From a virus (lineage: Duplodnaviria > Caudoviricetes), in the IMG/VR virus record IMGVR_UViG_3300028275_000007: 64,000 nucleotides of DNA; one strand, given 5' to 3'. This document shows positions 1-9,916 of this stretch, piece after piece. The translations under genes and the position numbers were made by a program. Under the pieces are notes generated by a model. The model was not told where the DNA came from and made no database searches. It saw only the letters and a list, made by a program, of their open reading frames with translations. Positions within the stretch are counted from its first letter, which is position 1. Every line of letters begins with the position of its first letter.

Positions 1-2485
1 ATCTTCTTGCATTAAAGTAGCCTGTGTCATAACCTGTTGGATCTGGATATACATAGGCATTGGCAGATCCTAATCCGTTAGCAACAATGTCTTTAATTTC
101 AGCAGCGTTTGCAATTACTGAACTAACTGCTGTAGTGCTACCTGTGCTACCTGCAAGTTGTGCGGTAGTAATTTGAGTTTCAGTATTTCCAGTTGTTGGA
201 GTAACAGAAACGTTAGTAATAATTTCGTCTGTAATAGCTTGTAGACGTGTTAATGTTGCAATTGTTTTTGCTTTGTCGTTTGTAGGAATAATCTTTCCAC
301 GAGGACTAATTCTTGCAGAACGTAGTTCGTCACCAACAATGGCTGTATTTGCCGGTACGTGCATTGGAAGAACTTCATAGTACTCACCAGTTTTTACGTT
401 AACTGTATAATTTGGAAGGTCCTCTAACGGCATTCCGGCAGTTGTACCTGCGGTAACTGCATCTGTAATAATTGCTGCTAGGCTTACACAAACATCTTCT
501 GCATCAGTTTCTGCTGTGTAGCTAGTATCGATGATCTGTTTTGTCTTAGAAGAAACACCGTTTAATGTTTGGTAGTTTGCCGCTGGTGCTGTATTTGCTA
601 AAACGCTTTGTAATACAGTAACACCGTAGTTGATTGCAGCAACTAATTGATCGTCTTCGTCTTGAATTGCAGTGATCAATGCTGTTCCTGCTGCGTTGAA
701 GTAAGATTCAGTTGCTTCGCGAGTTTTTACGTTACCAGTATGTGTTAGGTCATAGATAATTGCGTCTACAATTAATCCCATATCACGTTCACATAGTGCA
801 TCGTTATCGTTGGTAAATCCAACCCAAATACCTGTTGGATGTGCAATCTGATATTTCACCCATTCAGCAATTTCACGTTGAATGAATGTTCTATTCATTT
901 TTAATAGATATGCTGCGTTAGGATACTCTGTTCCTGCTTCTACTTGTTCAAGAGCATAGCGAACGCTAGCCCAAGGTTTATCTAAAGTTGTTCCGTATGT
1001 TGGCGCAGGAGAATTTGTACCGCCTGGTGCAACATAGAATACATTTTTAACTTGGCCAAAATATTTCCAAGTTGGAAGTCCTGAATTAACTGTTAATACT
1101 TGTCCTTCATCACCGACTGGCAAACGTGTTGGTCCAGCGCCGGAGTAGTAAACTAAATCACCGATTGATGTTAAAACACTTTCTTCATTACCAGCTGTTA
1201 ATAGATTCCAATATGTGCCGGTGATATCATTATCTGGTCGATCAGATCCTGTAGTAGCGGTGTGCGCTTGAACGCAAATATAGCTGTTTGGTCCGTACTT
1301 AACAGCGTCACCAAGTACGTATACAGAGCCATTTAGCCAGTTTCCAGACCAATTAATACCTTCATTTAATTTTGACCAATATGATCCGTTTGGTGGTTTA
1401 TGATTTGTACCATCTGCTGTAGCAACATAGGTGTAGCCGCCTAGTCTAACAATTTGTCCTACGCGATATGCAGTACCAGCATCCCAGTCACCAATTAACG
1501 TAAATCCGGTTGTGAATAAATCGTAATTTGTTGAATCATTAGATGGTGTGTCTGATGCTACTAAAGAATTCTTAACAATGTAAGTGTTTCCACCGTATTT
1601 TACTATGTCGCCTGGTTGATACTCAGTTGTCGATGCCCATTCACCTTTGAAGGAAACACCTTCGACAAATTGATTCCAGTTTGAGTTATCTGTTACAAAG
1701 TTTGCTGATGTGTGGTCTGTAACACAGATCCATAATCCGCCGCTAGATTTAACTACATCGTTGACTTTGTATCGAACAGCAGATAACCAATCACCTTTAT
1801 ATTCGATGCCTCTGTTAAAATAGTCCCACTTGCCTTGATCGTTTTCTAGTCCTAATGAAACTGTAGCAGCTGATGTGTGGCCTTCATTACAAACGTATGT
1901 TGTTCCGCCATATTTGACAATGTCACCAATTTTATATTTTTCGTTGGTGCTCCAATCGCCCTTCCAGTCGTTGCCTTTGGTAAAGACATCCCATTTTCCT
2001 AAGTCAACTTCTAACCCGTCAGTGGTTGTTGAAGCCGATGTATGTGCTGTATTACATAGGTAAACATATCCGCCGTATTTTACTAGGTCATTAACTTTAT
2101 AAACAGTATTTGTATCCCAAGATCCTGTCCAATCAAAACTTTCCGCAAATAAATCCCAATCACTTTGGTTAGTTTCTAATACAGAGCTTGAAGTATGGCC
2201 GTTGTTACAAATATAAACATATCCGCCGTATTTTACAATATCGTTTTGTTTATAAAGTGTAGTTGCTGTCCAATCACCTTTCCAAGATTGTCCATCGCTA
2301 AATTGGTTCCAACGTGCTGGAATATTTTCTAAATCTGTATAAAAATCTGCATCTGCGGTGTGACCAATAACGCACACGTAGGTCTTACCACCGTAAGCCA
2401 CGATATCATCTTTGTAGTACGAAGTACCGGTTGCCCAGTTGTCTTTCCATACAAATTTAATTCTACCTAGTTTAAATTCAGCCAT
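1..2485 (-). CDS. Large fibre/appendage protein with tandem CBM5/12 (ChtBD3)-like W..Y..GD.V.YGG..Y.C...HT repeats; runs off the left edge of the window
   Basis: Hand translation from ATG at 2485 gives MAEFKLGRIKFVWKDNWATGTSYYKDDIVAYGGKTYVCVIGHT..., and the frame is still open at base 1. GGAG lies upstream, and the N-terminus parallels the 1822-aa neighbour (MADFKISRFKYTWRGVW). Absent from the supplied ORF track because it is truncated. Confidence 0.85.
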   Translation of the reverse strand, partial: MAEFKLGRIKFVWKDNWATGTSYYKDDIVAYGGKTYVCVIGHTADADFYTDLENIPARWNQFSDGQSWKGDWTATTLYKQNDIVKYGGYVYICNNGHTSSSVLETNQSDWDLFAESFDWTGSWDTNTVYKVNDLVKYGGYVYLCNTAHTSASTTTDGLEVDLGKWDVFTKGNDWKGDWSTNEKYKIGDIVKYGGTTYVCNEGHTSAATVSLGLENDQGKWDYFNRGIEYKGDWLSAVRYKVNDVVKSSGGLWICVTDHTSANFVTDNSNWNQFVEGVSFKGEWASTTEYQPGDIVKYGGNTYIVKNSLVASDTPSNDSTNYDLFTTGFTLIGDWDAGTAYRVGQIVRLGGYTYVATADGTNHKPPNGSYWSKLNEGINWSGNWLNGSVYVLGDAVKYGPNSYICVQAHTATTGSDRPDNDITGTYWNLLTAGNEESVLTSIGDLVYYSGAGPTRLPVGDEGQVLTVNSGLPTWKYFGQVKNVFYVAPGGTNSPAPTYGTTLDKPWASVRYALEQVEAGTEYPNAAYLLKMNRTFIQREIAEWVKYQIAHPTGIWVGFTNDNDALCERDMGLIVDAIIYDLTHTGNVKTREATESYFNAAGTALITAIQDEDDQLVAAINYGVTVLQSVLANTAPAANYQTLNGVSSKTKQIIDTSYTAETDAEDVCVSLAAIITDAVTAGTTAGMPLEDLPNYTVNVKTGEYYEVLPMHVPANTAIVGDELRSARISPRGKIIPTNDKAKTIATLTRLQAITDEIITNVSVTPTTGNTETQITTAQLAGSTGSTTAVSSVIANAAEIKDIVANGLGSANAYVYPDPTGYDTGYFNARR

Positions 2486-2511
2486 TTATAGCTCCATATT
2501 ATTCTTAATCA

Positions 2512-2519
2512 TATTTATC
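2512..2519 (-). promoter_or_regulatory. T4-type late promoter (GATAAATA)
   Basis: ATAAATA on the minus strand ~27 nt upstream of the ATG at 2485, in a short intergenic gap. Confidence 0.65.
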
Positions 2520-2532
2520 TAAAAAAATTATC

Positions 2533-5500
2533 TCACGATTTTGTAAAATAATTCAATGCAAGTAACGTACCGTCTACTCCTCCGGTAAAGTTTACCTGGC
2601 TACCAAATATTAACTCATCTCCGCTGGTTGTAGATATTAGGTCTGGACCAATAGTTACAACACCTGCAGTCAACGATCCAGTGGTAGCATCTGAACCACC
2701 TCCTGAAACTCTTGCAGTCAAGTATGCTTTAATTGCTCTCTGTGTAGGAACAATGTTATTACTGTCAGCGATAAAAGTTCTGTCTGTTGAGAATTCTCTA
2801 ATAACTGTTCCAGAACCGCCTACAGAAACTCCACCTATTCTAATTTCTTCTAGACCTTCTAACTGGAAGAATTGTGCGTTTAATGTTACAGTACCTGTAG
2901 ATTGTTCAACAGCAAATAATTCTCCGCAACGGAAATTACCTTCTTCGTCAGTTGATGTATAGAATACACGACCTCCGTTGGCTTCATATACCTGGTTTTC
3001 AGGAGATATTACTGACCCGTTTGGATTTAGTGTATCTGGATAATTTGTTTGATAGTAGTTTCCTAGACCAATTTCTAAGAAATCGTGACCTGTTATGCGG
3101 CATTGTGAATACAATTGTCTAATTGTTACACCGGTACCGTGTTCAGGACTTTCTTCTCTACCTAAATCTTTAGCAATTTCTAATTGTGCTGTATAATTTC
3201 CGGTAGATCCTCCTAACACAACAGCTCTCAACAGTTTATATGTGTAGTCGTTAATACCTGAAATATTAACGTTATCGCCCGGGCTTGGAATTCTATCTAA
3301 TCCCTGTACAACTAGATATCCGCCTATTTGATATTCATCTTTGTATCCGTCGCCAGAGACTGATACTCGTGTACTGGTTGTTTCGTATCCTTCACCTGCA
3401 TTTAGAATGGTTGGGTTTCCTAAAACTCCGTTGCCTGTTCTTACCTGTACAAATACATCTGTGTCTGCATTTGGATCAACAATAGTCATAACCGGAGCAG
3501 AAGTATAACCACTACCTGGTTCCCAAATTGTTAATGCAGTCATTCTTCCGGCTACCACATATGCTCGTGCTCTAGCTGTGGCTCCTGTCTGTACAGATCT
3601 AACAATTGTAGAGTTTGCTGTAAGTCCTGCTAATACTAACCACTTTCCTGGTTTTGTATTTGCGCTATAGGTTACAGAACACCACGGAGATGAAGTTCCT
3701 AATGATTGGTAATTCCACAATACACCGTCTCTAGACGTTGCACATACTGTAGTTCCGTTAGCGACTGCAAAGAATATGCCCTGAGCATATGTAATTTCTC
3801 TCCAATCTTGTGCTTGAATAGTTTTTTCTGTCCAGGTAATACCATCCCAACTTATAGAAACTTCAGTTGCACCGGCATATCCTCCAGACAATGCAACAAA
3901 TCTTCCGTTACCGTAGGCTAAAGAATAACTTCCCTGAGTGATTGAACCTAAGGTCCAGGTAATTGCATCAGAACTGTATGCTACTGCTGCTGAAGTAGAA
4001 TCACTTAATGCTGTAGTCACATACTTGCCCTTACCATAGGCTACAGAATTCCAGTCAGCGCCTTCAGGAAGAGTAGATGCTATCCAAACCGATCCGTTTG
4101 TACTATAAGCAGCCTTAGTGCCACCGCTTGCTACAGCTACCCATTTTCCGTTACCGTAGGTAACATCACGCCATTCAGCAGTCGAAGGCATAGTCATTGA
4201 TGACCAATTAATTCCATCAGTTGACGAAGCTGCGCTGCCGTTTGAAGCAAATGCCATAAAAATACCATTTACATAACGAACTCGAGTCCACAATGCTGAG
4301 GAAGGTAATGTTGTAGTATCCCAGGTCACACCATTATCTGTGGTATATGCTACAGAATTTGTATCCAACGCTACAGTCACAGCAATTTCATCGCTGGCTG
4401 CAATGCTAGACCATTGTCTATTGGCTGGTAAAGTTTTAGCAGAACTACTAAAACCAGGACTACTCAAAGTTACTCTTGGTTCTATAAAATAATTTGTTGA
4501 CTTATCTAGTGTAGGTTCGATGGCTCGACCTTCATCTAAATGTTCCCATCCTAATTGATGTAAGGTCATTGTGCCTACACCATTTACTAAATTAAATGTT
4601 GCTCCCGGACCTGCTGTGTCACTTATTGTAATCGATGTACTGCTAACAATAGTTTTTACATAATAAACAGTCAATGATTCAATATTTCCGTATGTAGTTC
4701 CAGTAAACATTATAGGATCATTAACAGATAATGCTGAAGTAGATCCTACAGTAACTCTCATTCCAGAGGATGATGTTCCAGTTACTGCAATAGAACTTGT
4801 TGATTCTTTAGCAATGTAAGCATATTTTCCAGTTTCGTCAAAGTCAGCAATATATCCATACTGTCCTGTGCCTGTTCCTCTTCCGATAACTAATCTTAGT
4901 CCTCTGTAGGCTTCAGCAGTTTCAATGTCTGAACCAGCTAACTGTATTGACACAGTATTTCCGCCTTGTGAAGAATTAGTAATAAATTTATATCCAAGGC
5001 CGCCTTCAGCAGACGAGTCTCCTGGATTAGCGATTCGAATTTCTTGTACACCGCCGTTTCTAAATTCATCAACTTCTACAGAAGCATTAATACCTGATCC
5101 AGTAATTGTAAATGTTCCGGCCGTGTATTCTACACCTGCATTACTAAAGAACATTTTTTGAAGACCACCTTCGTCGTTGATTAATGTTTGATAAACGTCT
5201 GCATCATAGTATCTATTGTTAACTGTTGCTGTAATAGGTGTTTCAGCAATATTATATCCTTCTGAAACTGCACCTAATACTCCGTATGAACAGTTGCCGT
5301 TAGCAGCTCGAATTTTTCCACCGTTGGTTGCTAGGTAACCAATATAATTATAATATGTAAACACTGAAATACATTCAGTTCTTCCTGTGCCGTTGGCCCA
5401 TACACCGATACCATCGCTGATAACCTGTGTAAAGTCGTTGGAAACCATAGTTTGATTTCCGCCAGAGTGTAGGTTTCCGTCAATCTTAAATCCAATACAG

Positions 5501-8001
5501 CCAGTACCAAAGGTTGTGCAGTTTTGAATATACGGAGATCTTGTTCCTACCCAGGCCGATTCGTCTGAAGGACCGTATCCAGGATCTAAACTAACAAATG
5601 CACCAGCAGTTGGTCTGCTGGTTCCGTATACGTTAGGAGCACTTAGAGTTCCCTCTAATCCTCTCATGGTCATATTTCTAATACCGGCAGCGTCTCTGCA
5701 ATAGAACATATTGCTGGCTTTATTGGCTGTAAAATCTGAACCGTTAATAAAGAATGTTGAAGCTTCTACTGTTTTATAATTTCCAACATACAAAATGTCG
5801 TATGCAAGAGCATCAATAATTCTTTCAATGTCAAAATCCCATCTATCAGGCAATGGCATTAATAGTGGATTAGTTTCTTGAACATATCCTGCAACCTGGG
5901 CTTTTATAAATTCATAATTGTTTTCAATCTGCGCATTTGCGTTTATATTTCCTGCCGCAGCAGATGGTGTATTTGTACTGCTTATCGATACATTATACTG
6001 CGTTTCAATTCTATTTTTCAACATTTCAATCAATGTTGTTAAAGAAACAATCTGTAAATTTTCTGCTGCTGATGCTGTAAAATCTTGAAATATATCTGTA
6101 TTGTATAAAAGAACATCGGGTTGATCAACAATAGTTTCACCTACTGCTACACCTAATACAATTCTAGAAATTAAAGGTTGTAGATAATCTAATGCTGACA
6201 AGATTAAACTAATATAATCTGAACTAAACGGTGTGTCTGCTGGAAATACTGTCACAGATCTAATGTCATCACCAACTAGTGCTACATAAGGCTGTACTCT
6301 AATTGGTAATATTTCTGGATAGTCGCCTGTTCTAATAAAAATTGTAGAATGAATAGGAACATTTTCTGTAGCGTATCTGATGGATCTCCATGCGCTTTGA
6401 GGACTTGTTCCTCTGTTAGGGCCGTCTATCCCTTCTGGTGAAACAAAGAATACATTCTCTGAATTTAATAGATATTTCCAAGCTACTTCGCTGTTATATG
6501 CTGTAAGTGCTTGACCTTCTTGGTCTACTGGTAATGCTTTATAACCAATTGTACTTCCATCACCAGTGTCGCCAAATGTTCGAACATCGCCTACATTTTT
6601 TAATCTATTAATTCTATTACCGTCGGTAACTTTTTTCCAATATCTTCCTAGCAAAGAACTATCAACTAAGCCATCATCATCGGGTCTATTCCCATTATCA
6701 GAAATGTGTTTATCTAAACAGGTATATGTACTGGATACCCATACAACAGTATCTCCAGCAATATAAGTGGTATCAGGAGCCCATACTCCTCTCCACTTTA
6801 TTCCTGTGGTTAATAAATCCCAGTATACAGAATTAGTTGTGCTGTTGTCGTCTAAAAAGTCTGGGTCTTGATTTGTATTATCTAACAAACAAGAATAAAC
6901 ATTTCCTCCACGTCTAACAACATCTCCTAATAGATATTGAGTTGCCTGGTTCCAATCGCCTCTCATTTTTAAACCAGTATATAATAATTCCCAGTTAAAT
7001 GGTGAGAACGGAGGTTCTTGATTGGTGTGAATTCTTAGAGATTTATATAAATGACCACCATAACTTACAATATCACCTATTTGATATAATGTAGTTTCAT
7101 CCCACTGAAGGTCATACTCGTTACCTGGACAGTATATGTCAAACTGTTCTGACCCAAACACAGATTCCGATGTGTGGAATGTGTTTGCAATATAAAGATA
7201 TGCACCGTATTTTACAACATCATTAACTTTATAAATTGTAGAAGATTGCCAATCACCTTTGTACTCTGTTGACTGATGTAATAAAGTCCACTTTCCTTGA
7301 TCTTTAGGTAATCCTAATGTGTCAGTTTCTGCAGAAACGTGAGGAATTTGACAAATGTAAACATTTCCGCCGTACTTTAAAATATCCCCAAATCTATATC
7401 TGGTATTTGTTGACCAACTATCTCTCCATGACTGAGAAATAACTACCTCTTCCCAAGATGATTGACTTGCTTCTAATCCTTCAACTATTGTTCCTGCTGA
7501 AGTATGAGACAGTACACATCTATAAACTTTTGCCCCATATATTACAATATCATTTATTCTATAATATGTACCAATAGACCAATTAGTTCTCCAGTTCGTA
7601 GACGAAATGTATGTTGTCCATTTTCCAGAATCAATTTCAAAACCAGATTCTAAATTTGCAGTTTCAAGTTCTGGAAATTTTGAGGTATGGGCTTCTGTAC
7701 AAACGTAGGTTACGCCGCCAACGGAAACAATATCACCAACTTTATAATATACATCATTAGTCCACGCTCCTAGCCAACTTGTGCCGTCTGCTACTAATTC
7801 CCACTTTGGAGATAAAACAGGAGGTATATCGCTGTTATAATAATTTAAATCGTAATAAAAATCTGCGTTTGATGCATGAGATTCAATACAGTTATAAACT
7901 TTGCCGCCAAAACTTACAACATCATCTGGGTTATATTTGCTGTGAGCACTCCATACACCTCTCCAGGTATATTTAAATCTGCTTATTTTAAAATCTGCCA
8001 T
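2533..8001 (-). CDS. 1822-aa virion fibre/appendage protein: N-terminal CBM5/12-like repeats, central beta-helix-like region, C-terminal W..(V/I).YG.G.(F/W)VA beta-propeller-type repeats
   Basis: About 9 repeats such as WTNDVYYKVGDIVSVGGVTYVCTEAHTS. Later repeats include WRDVTYGNGKWVAVA, WNSVAYGKGKYVT and YSLAYGNGRFVAL. Paralogous to the 1..2485 ORF. Confidence 0.7.
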   Translation of the reverse strand: MADFKISRFKYTWRGVWSAHSKYNPDDVVSFGGKVYNCIESHASNADFYYDLNYYNSDIPPVLSPKWELVADGTSWLGAWTNDVYYKVGDIVSVGGVTYVCTEAHTSKFPELETANLESGFEIDSGKWTTYISSTNWRTNWSIGTYYRINDIVIYGAKVYRCVLSHTSAGTIVEGLEASQSSWEEVVISQSWRDSWSTNTRYRFGDILKYGGNVYICQIPHVSAETDTLGLPKDQGKWTLLHQSTEYKGDWQSSTIYKVNDVVKYGAYLYIANTFHTSESVFGSEQFDIYCPGNEYDLQWDETTLYQIGDIVSYGGHLYKSLRIHTNQEPPFSPFNWELLYTGLKMRGDWNQATQYLLGDVVRRGGNVYSCLLDNTNQDPDFLDDNSTTNSVYWDLLTTGIKWRGVWAPDTTYIAGDTVVWVSSTYTCLDKHISDNGNRPDDDGLVDSSLLGRYWKKVTDGNRINRLKNVGDVRTFGDTGDGSTIGYKALPVDQEGQALTAYNSEVAWKYLLNSENVFFVSPEGIDGPNRGTSPQSAWRSIRYATENVPIHSTIFIRTGDYPEILPIRVQPYVALVGDDIRSVTVFPADTPFSSDYISLILSALDYLQPLISRIVLGVAVGETIVDQPDVLLYNTDIFQDFTASAAENLQIVSLTTLIEMLKNRIETQYNVSISSTNTPSAAAGNINANAQIENNYEFIKAQVAGYVQETNPLLMPLPDRWDFDIERIIDALAYDILYVGNYKTVEASTFFINGSDFTANKASNMFYCRDAAGIRNMTMRGLEGTLSAPNVYGTSRPTAGAFVSLDPGYGPSDESAWVGTRSPYIQNCTTFGTGCIGFKIDGNLHSGGNQTMVSNDFTQVISDGIGVWANGTGRTECISVFTYYNYIGYLATNGGKIRAANGNCSYGVLGAVSEGYNIAETPITATVNNRYYDADVYQTLINDEGGLQKMFFSNAGVEYTAGTFTITGSGINASVEVDEFRNGGVQEIRIANPGDSSAEGGLGYKFITNSSQGGNTVSIQLAGSDIETAEAYRGLRLVIGRGTGTGQYGYIADFDETGKYAYIAKESTSSIAVTGTSSSGMRVTVGSTSALSVNDPIMFTGTTYGNIESLTVYYVKTIVSSTSITISDTAGPGATFNLVNGVGTMTLHQLGWEHLDEGRAIEPTLDKSTNYFIEPRVTLSSPGFSSSAKTLPANRQWSSIAASDEIAVTVALDTNSVAYTTDNGVTWDTTTLPSSALWTRVRYVNGIFMAFASNGSAASSTDGINWSSMTMPSTAEWRDVTYGNGKWVAVASGGTKAAYSTNGSVWIASTLPEGADWNSVAYGKGKYVTTALSDSTSAAVAYSSDAITWTLGSITQGSYSLAYGNGRFVALSGGYAGATEVSISWDGITWTEKTIQAQDWREITYAQGIFFAVANGTTVCATSRDGVLWNYQSLGTSSPWCSVTYSANTKPGKWLVLAGLTANSTIVRSVQTGATARARAYVVAGRMTALTIWEPGSGYTSAPVMTIVDPNADTDVFVQVRTGNGVLGNPTILNAGEGYETTSTRVSVSGDGYKDEYQIGGYLVVQGLDRIPSPGDNVNISGINDYTYKLLRAVVLGGSTGNYTAQLEIAKDLGREESPEHGTGVTIRQLYSQCRITGHDFLEIGLGNYYQTNYPDTLNPNGSVISPENQVYEANGGRVFYTSTDEEGNFRCGELFAVEQSTGTVTLNAQFFQLEGLEEIRIGGVSVGGSGTVIREFSTDRTFIADSNNIVPTQRAIKAYLTARVSGGGSDATTGSLTAGVVTIGPDLISTTSGDELIFGSQVNFTGGVDGTLLALNYFTKS

Positions 8002-8005
8002 TTAA

Positions 8006-8377
8006 TTATTCCTCTGATGAACCTTCGTCATATGTATAACCATTGTTTATTCTAGCAACTAATTGCCCCTCATCATCAATATAATAAAATATTGCTCTAT
8101 CGTCCCAACGATATTGTTGATATTTTAAATTTTGATACTCAACATTGTGGTTTACATCAATGCCTTCGTAAAAGTCCACTCCAATTTCAAAACCATTAAA
8201 ATTTTCTGTTTCGTCGCCGACTCTGTTAATTTCAATTGAATCGTTAGATCTCATTTGATCATTTCGTTGTAAAAATAAACTACCGTTTTCGTTTTTTCTA
8301 ATACCGTAAAAAAATCTAGGAGTATCGCCTAATCTTGTTAACGGGTCTGTACCTAAATAATAATTTGAATTAGACAT
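8006..8377 (-). CDS. Hypothetical protein (123 aa), probably virion-associated
   Basis: ORF track; tightly packed within the late fibre operon (overlaps the upstream stop, 4 nt from the next gene). Confidence 0.6.
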   Translation of the reverse strand: MSNSNYYLGTDPLTRLGDTPRFFYGIRKNENGSLFLQRNDQMRSNDSIEINRVGDETENFNGFEIGVDFYEGIDVNHNVEYQNLKYQQYRWDDRAIFYYIDDEGQLVARINNGYTYDEGSSEE

Positions 8378-8709
8378 TATGATATCTCCACGTAACTTAC
8401 AACCACTGAAATACTATCAGCCTGACTGCTGGTAATTCGTAATCCGCAAAATTCCGGCAATATTAATTTTTCACCGTTGGTTATTATTTTTGCAGAAGTA
8501 TTTGGCGGTATAGTTAAACCTTTTATGTAATAAGCTGGTACGCTGTCTGAACCTGTTACAAACACATCAACATTAACTGTATCATAATCAGTAATATTTG
8601 CAATATTGCAGCCGATTACAGTTGCTCGAATACCTGCGTCAATAGTTAAAACATCGTTTGGTTCGGTCCCTAACGAATTGTGTGTAACATTTTTAAATAG
8701 TGTTGGCAT
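8377..8709 (-). CDS. Small beta-rich structural protein (110 aa), paralog of 12531..12935
   Basis: Shares the pattern (I/T)..(C)N ... V.V.V ... I.K.L.IP...(S/T) ... EKLIL / ERVVL ... V.VS..E(I/V) with the 134-aa ORF. Confidence 0.6.
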   Translation of the reverse strand: MPTLFKNVTHNSLGTEPNDVLTIDAGIRATVIGCNIANITDYDTVNVDVFVTGSDSVPAYYIKGLTIPPNTSAKIITNGEKLILPEFCGLRITSSQADSISVVVSYVEIS

Positions 8710-8712
8710 TTT

Positions 8713-9765
8713 TTATCCTAGAGTTAATGCAAATGCAACAGAAATATCATTAGCCTGTGTTTCTGACACAGCTCCAGATGCACCTGCAGGACTAGCCCAA
8801 GAAACTCCGTCCCAAATTTCCAAAGCCTTTGAATTAGTATTATATCGTGTCATTCCGACAACCGCATAAGATGTTGGACGCTGCGCATCATTTCCTCTTG
8901 GCGGAACAAACCCATTGGTACCAACAATTTTAAGATAACCATTACCTGTATGGGTAATTGTTGTAACAGCACCGGATACTACGTTAGTAATAGAACTATC
9001 AATAATTTTAATATTACCAGTTCGTATACCTCCCGCAGCATTTCCTTCTAATCGCAAATCTGTACCAGTTGTGGTAGTAATTATGTTATCTTGAAAAATA
9101 ACACTTCCTACTTCAAAATAAGGAAGGTTCATTGAAGTAGTATATAAATCTTTAGTGTAAACAGCTCTCCATCTTACTGAACTAGAACCAATATCATATG
9201 TAGCATCAGTTTGAGGAATAATATCACTAGTAACGCTGGCATTAAAAACAATGTTATCGGTTAGTGCGTCACCAATTTGAATGTTGCCGCCGATCACTAC
9301 ATTTCCAGAAGTATTAATATTTCCAGAAACATCAAGATTTCCTGTAATATTTGTACTTGCTGAAATATTAACTGTGCCGGTACCGTTTGGTGCTAGATCA
9401 ATTGAACTGTTAGAAACAGTAGTAGAAATAGTATTTCCTTGTAATTGAAGATCATCAATTTGAAGTCTGCTGTGATAAACAGTTGCTTCGCCGGCAGCGG
9501 CTTGAAATACTATTGTGCTGGTATCGCTGGTAATTGTATTGCCAGTAAAGTGTAAATTACCGACATTAATTTGTGTGTCAACAGTATGATTTATACCGTG
9601 TATATTACCGTTGACATCTAGGTCTGTAGTGGGGGCTGCTGTACGTATCCCGATACGAGAGTTAACAACATCCAAATAGAGAAGATCAGTCTCAAAAGCT
9701 AAATCCACACCATCTCTGATGAGATTTGACTTTAAGAGCTGACCGGAAATACGACCAATAGCCAT
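8713..9765 (-). CDS. Fibre-like structural protein (350 aa)
   Basis: N-terminal GRISGQLLKSNLIRDGVDLAFETDLLYLDV, Thr/Gly/Asn-rich beta repeats, C-terminal PRGNDAQRP...GMTRYNT...LEIWDG module. AGGAG RBS upstream. Confidence 0.7.
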   Translation of the reverse strand: MAIGRISGQLLKSNLIRDGVDLAFETDLLYLDVVNSRIGIRTAAPTTDLDVNGNIHGINHTVDTQINVGNLHFTGNTITSDTSTIVFQAAAGEATVYHSRLQIDDLQLQGNTISTTVSNSSIDLAPNGTGTVNISASTNITGNLDVSGNINTSGNVVIGGNIQIGDALTDNIVFNASVTSDIIPQTDATYDIGSSSVRWRAVYTKDLYTTSMNLPYFEVGSVIFQDNIITTTTGTDLRLEGNAAGGIRTGNIKIIDSSITNVVSGAVTTITHTGNGYLKIVGTNGFVPPRGNDAQRPTSYAVVGMTRYNTNSKALEIWDGVSWASPAGASGAVSETQANDISVAFALTLG

Positions 9766-9896
9766 TAGCTCTCCTTAACAGACCCCGTGTTTCACGGTTA
9801 ACCTAATTTGGACTAACGTCCGCAGCCTTATGGCTCTTTGCTGGTTTACCACAGTCGGATCTTGCAAAAGTTTTGGTCTACCTTTGCAATTAGTAG
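9766..9896 (-). ncRNA. Candidate structured 5' leader (cis-regulatory RNA) between a perfect late promoter and the 350-aa gene
   Basis: 131 nt non-coding, ~45% GC, with hairpins at 9862-9889, 9842-9851, 9824-9835, 9810-9821 and 9785-9797 plus a closing helix 9857-9862/9780-9785. Confidence 0.55.
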
Positions 9897-9904
9897 TATT
9901 TATA
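9897..9904 (-). promoter_or_regulatory. T4-type late promoter, perfect TATAAATA
   Basis: The plus strand reads tatttata at 9897-9904, just after the stop of 9917..11050. Confidence 0.8.
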
Positions 9905-9916
9905 CCAAATGGAGAA

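Noticed and set aside
9766-9896. c-di-GMP-I (GEMM) riboswitch, suggested by the GGUAAACC and GGACG strings
   Set aside because: The GAAA-capped stem and GCAAAG junction are not in the expected positions, so it is left as an unclassified leader
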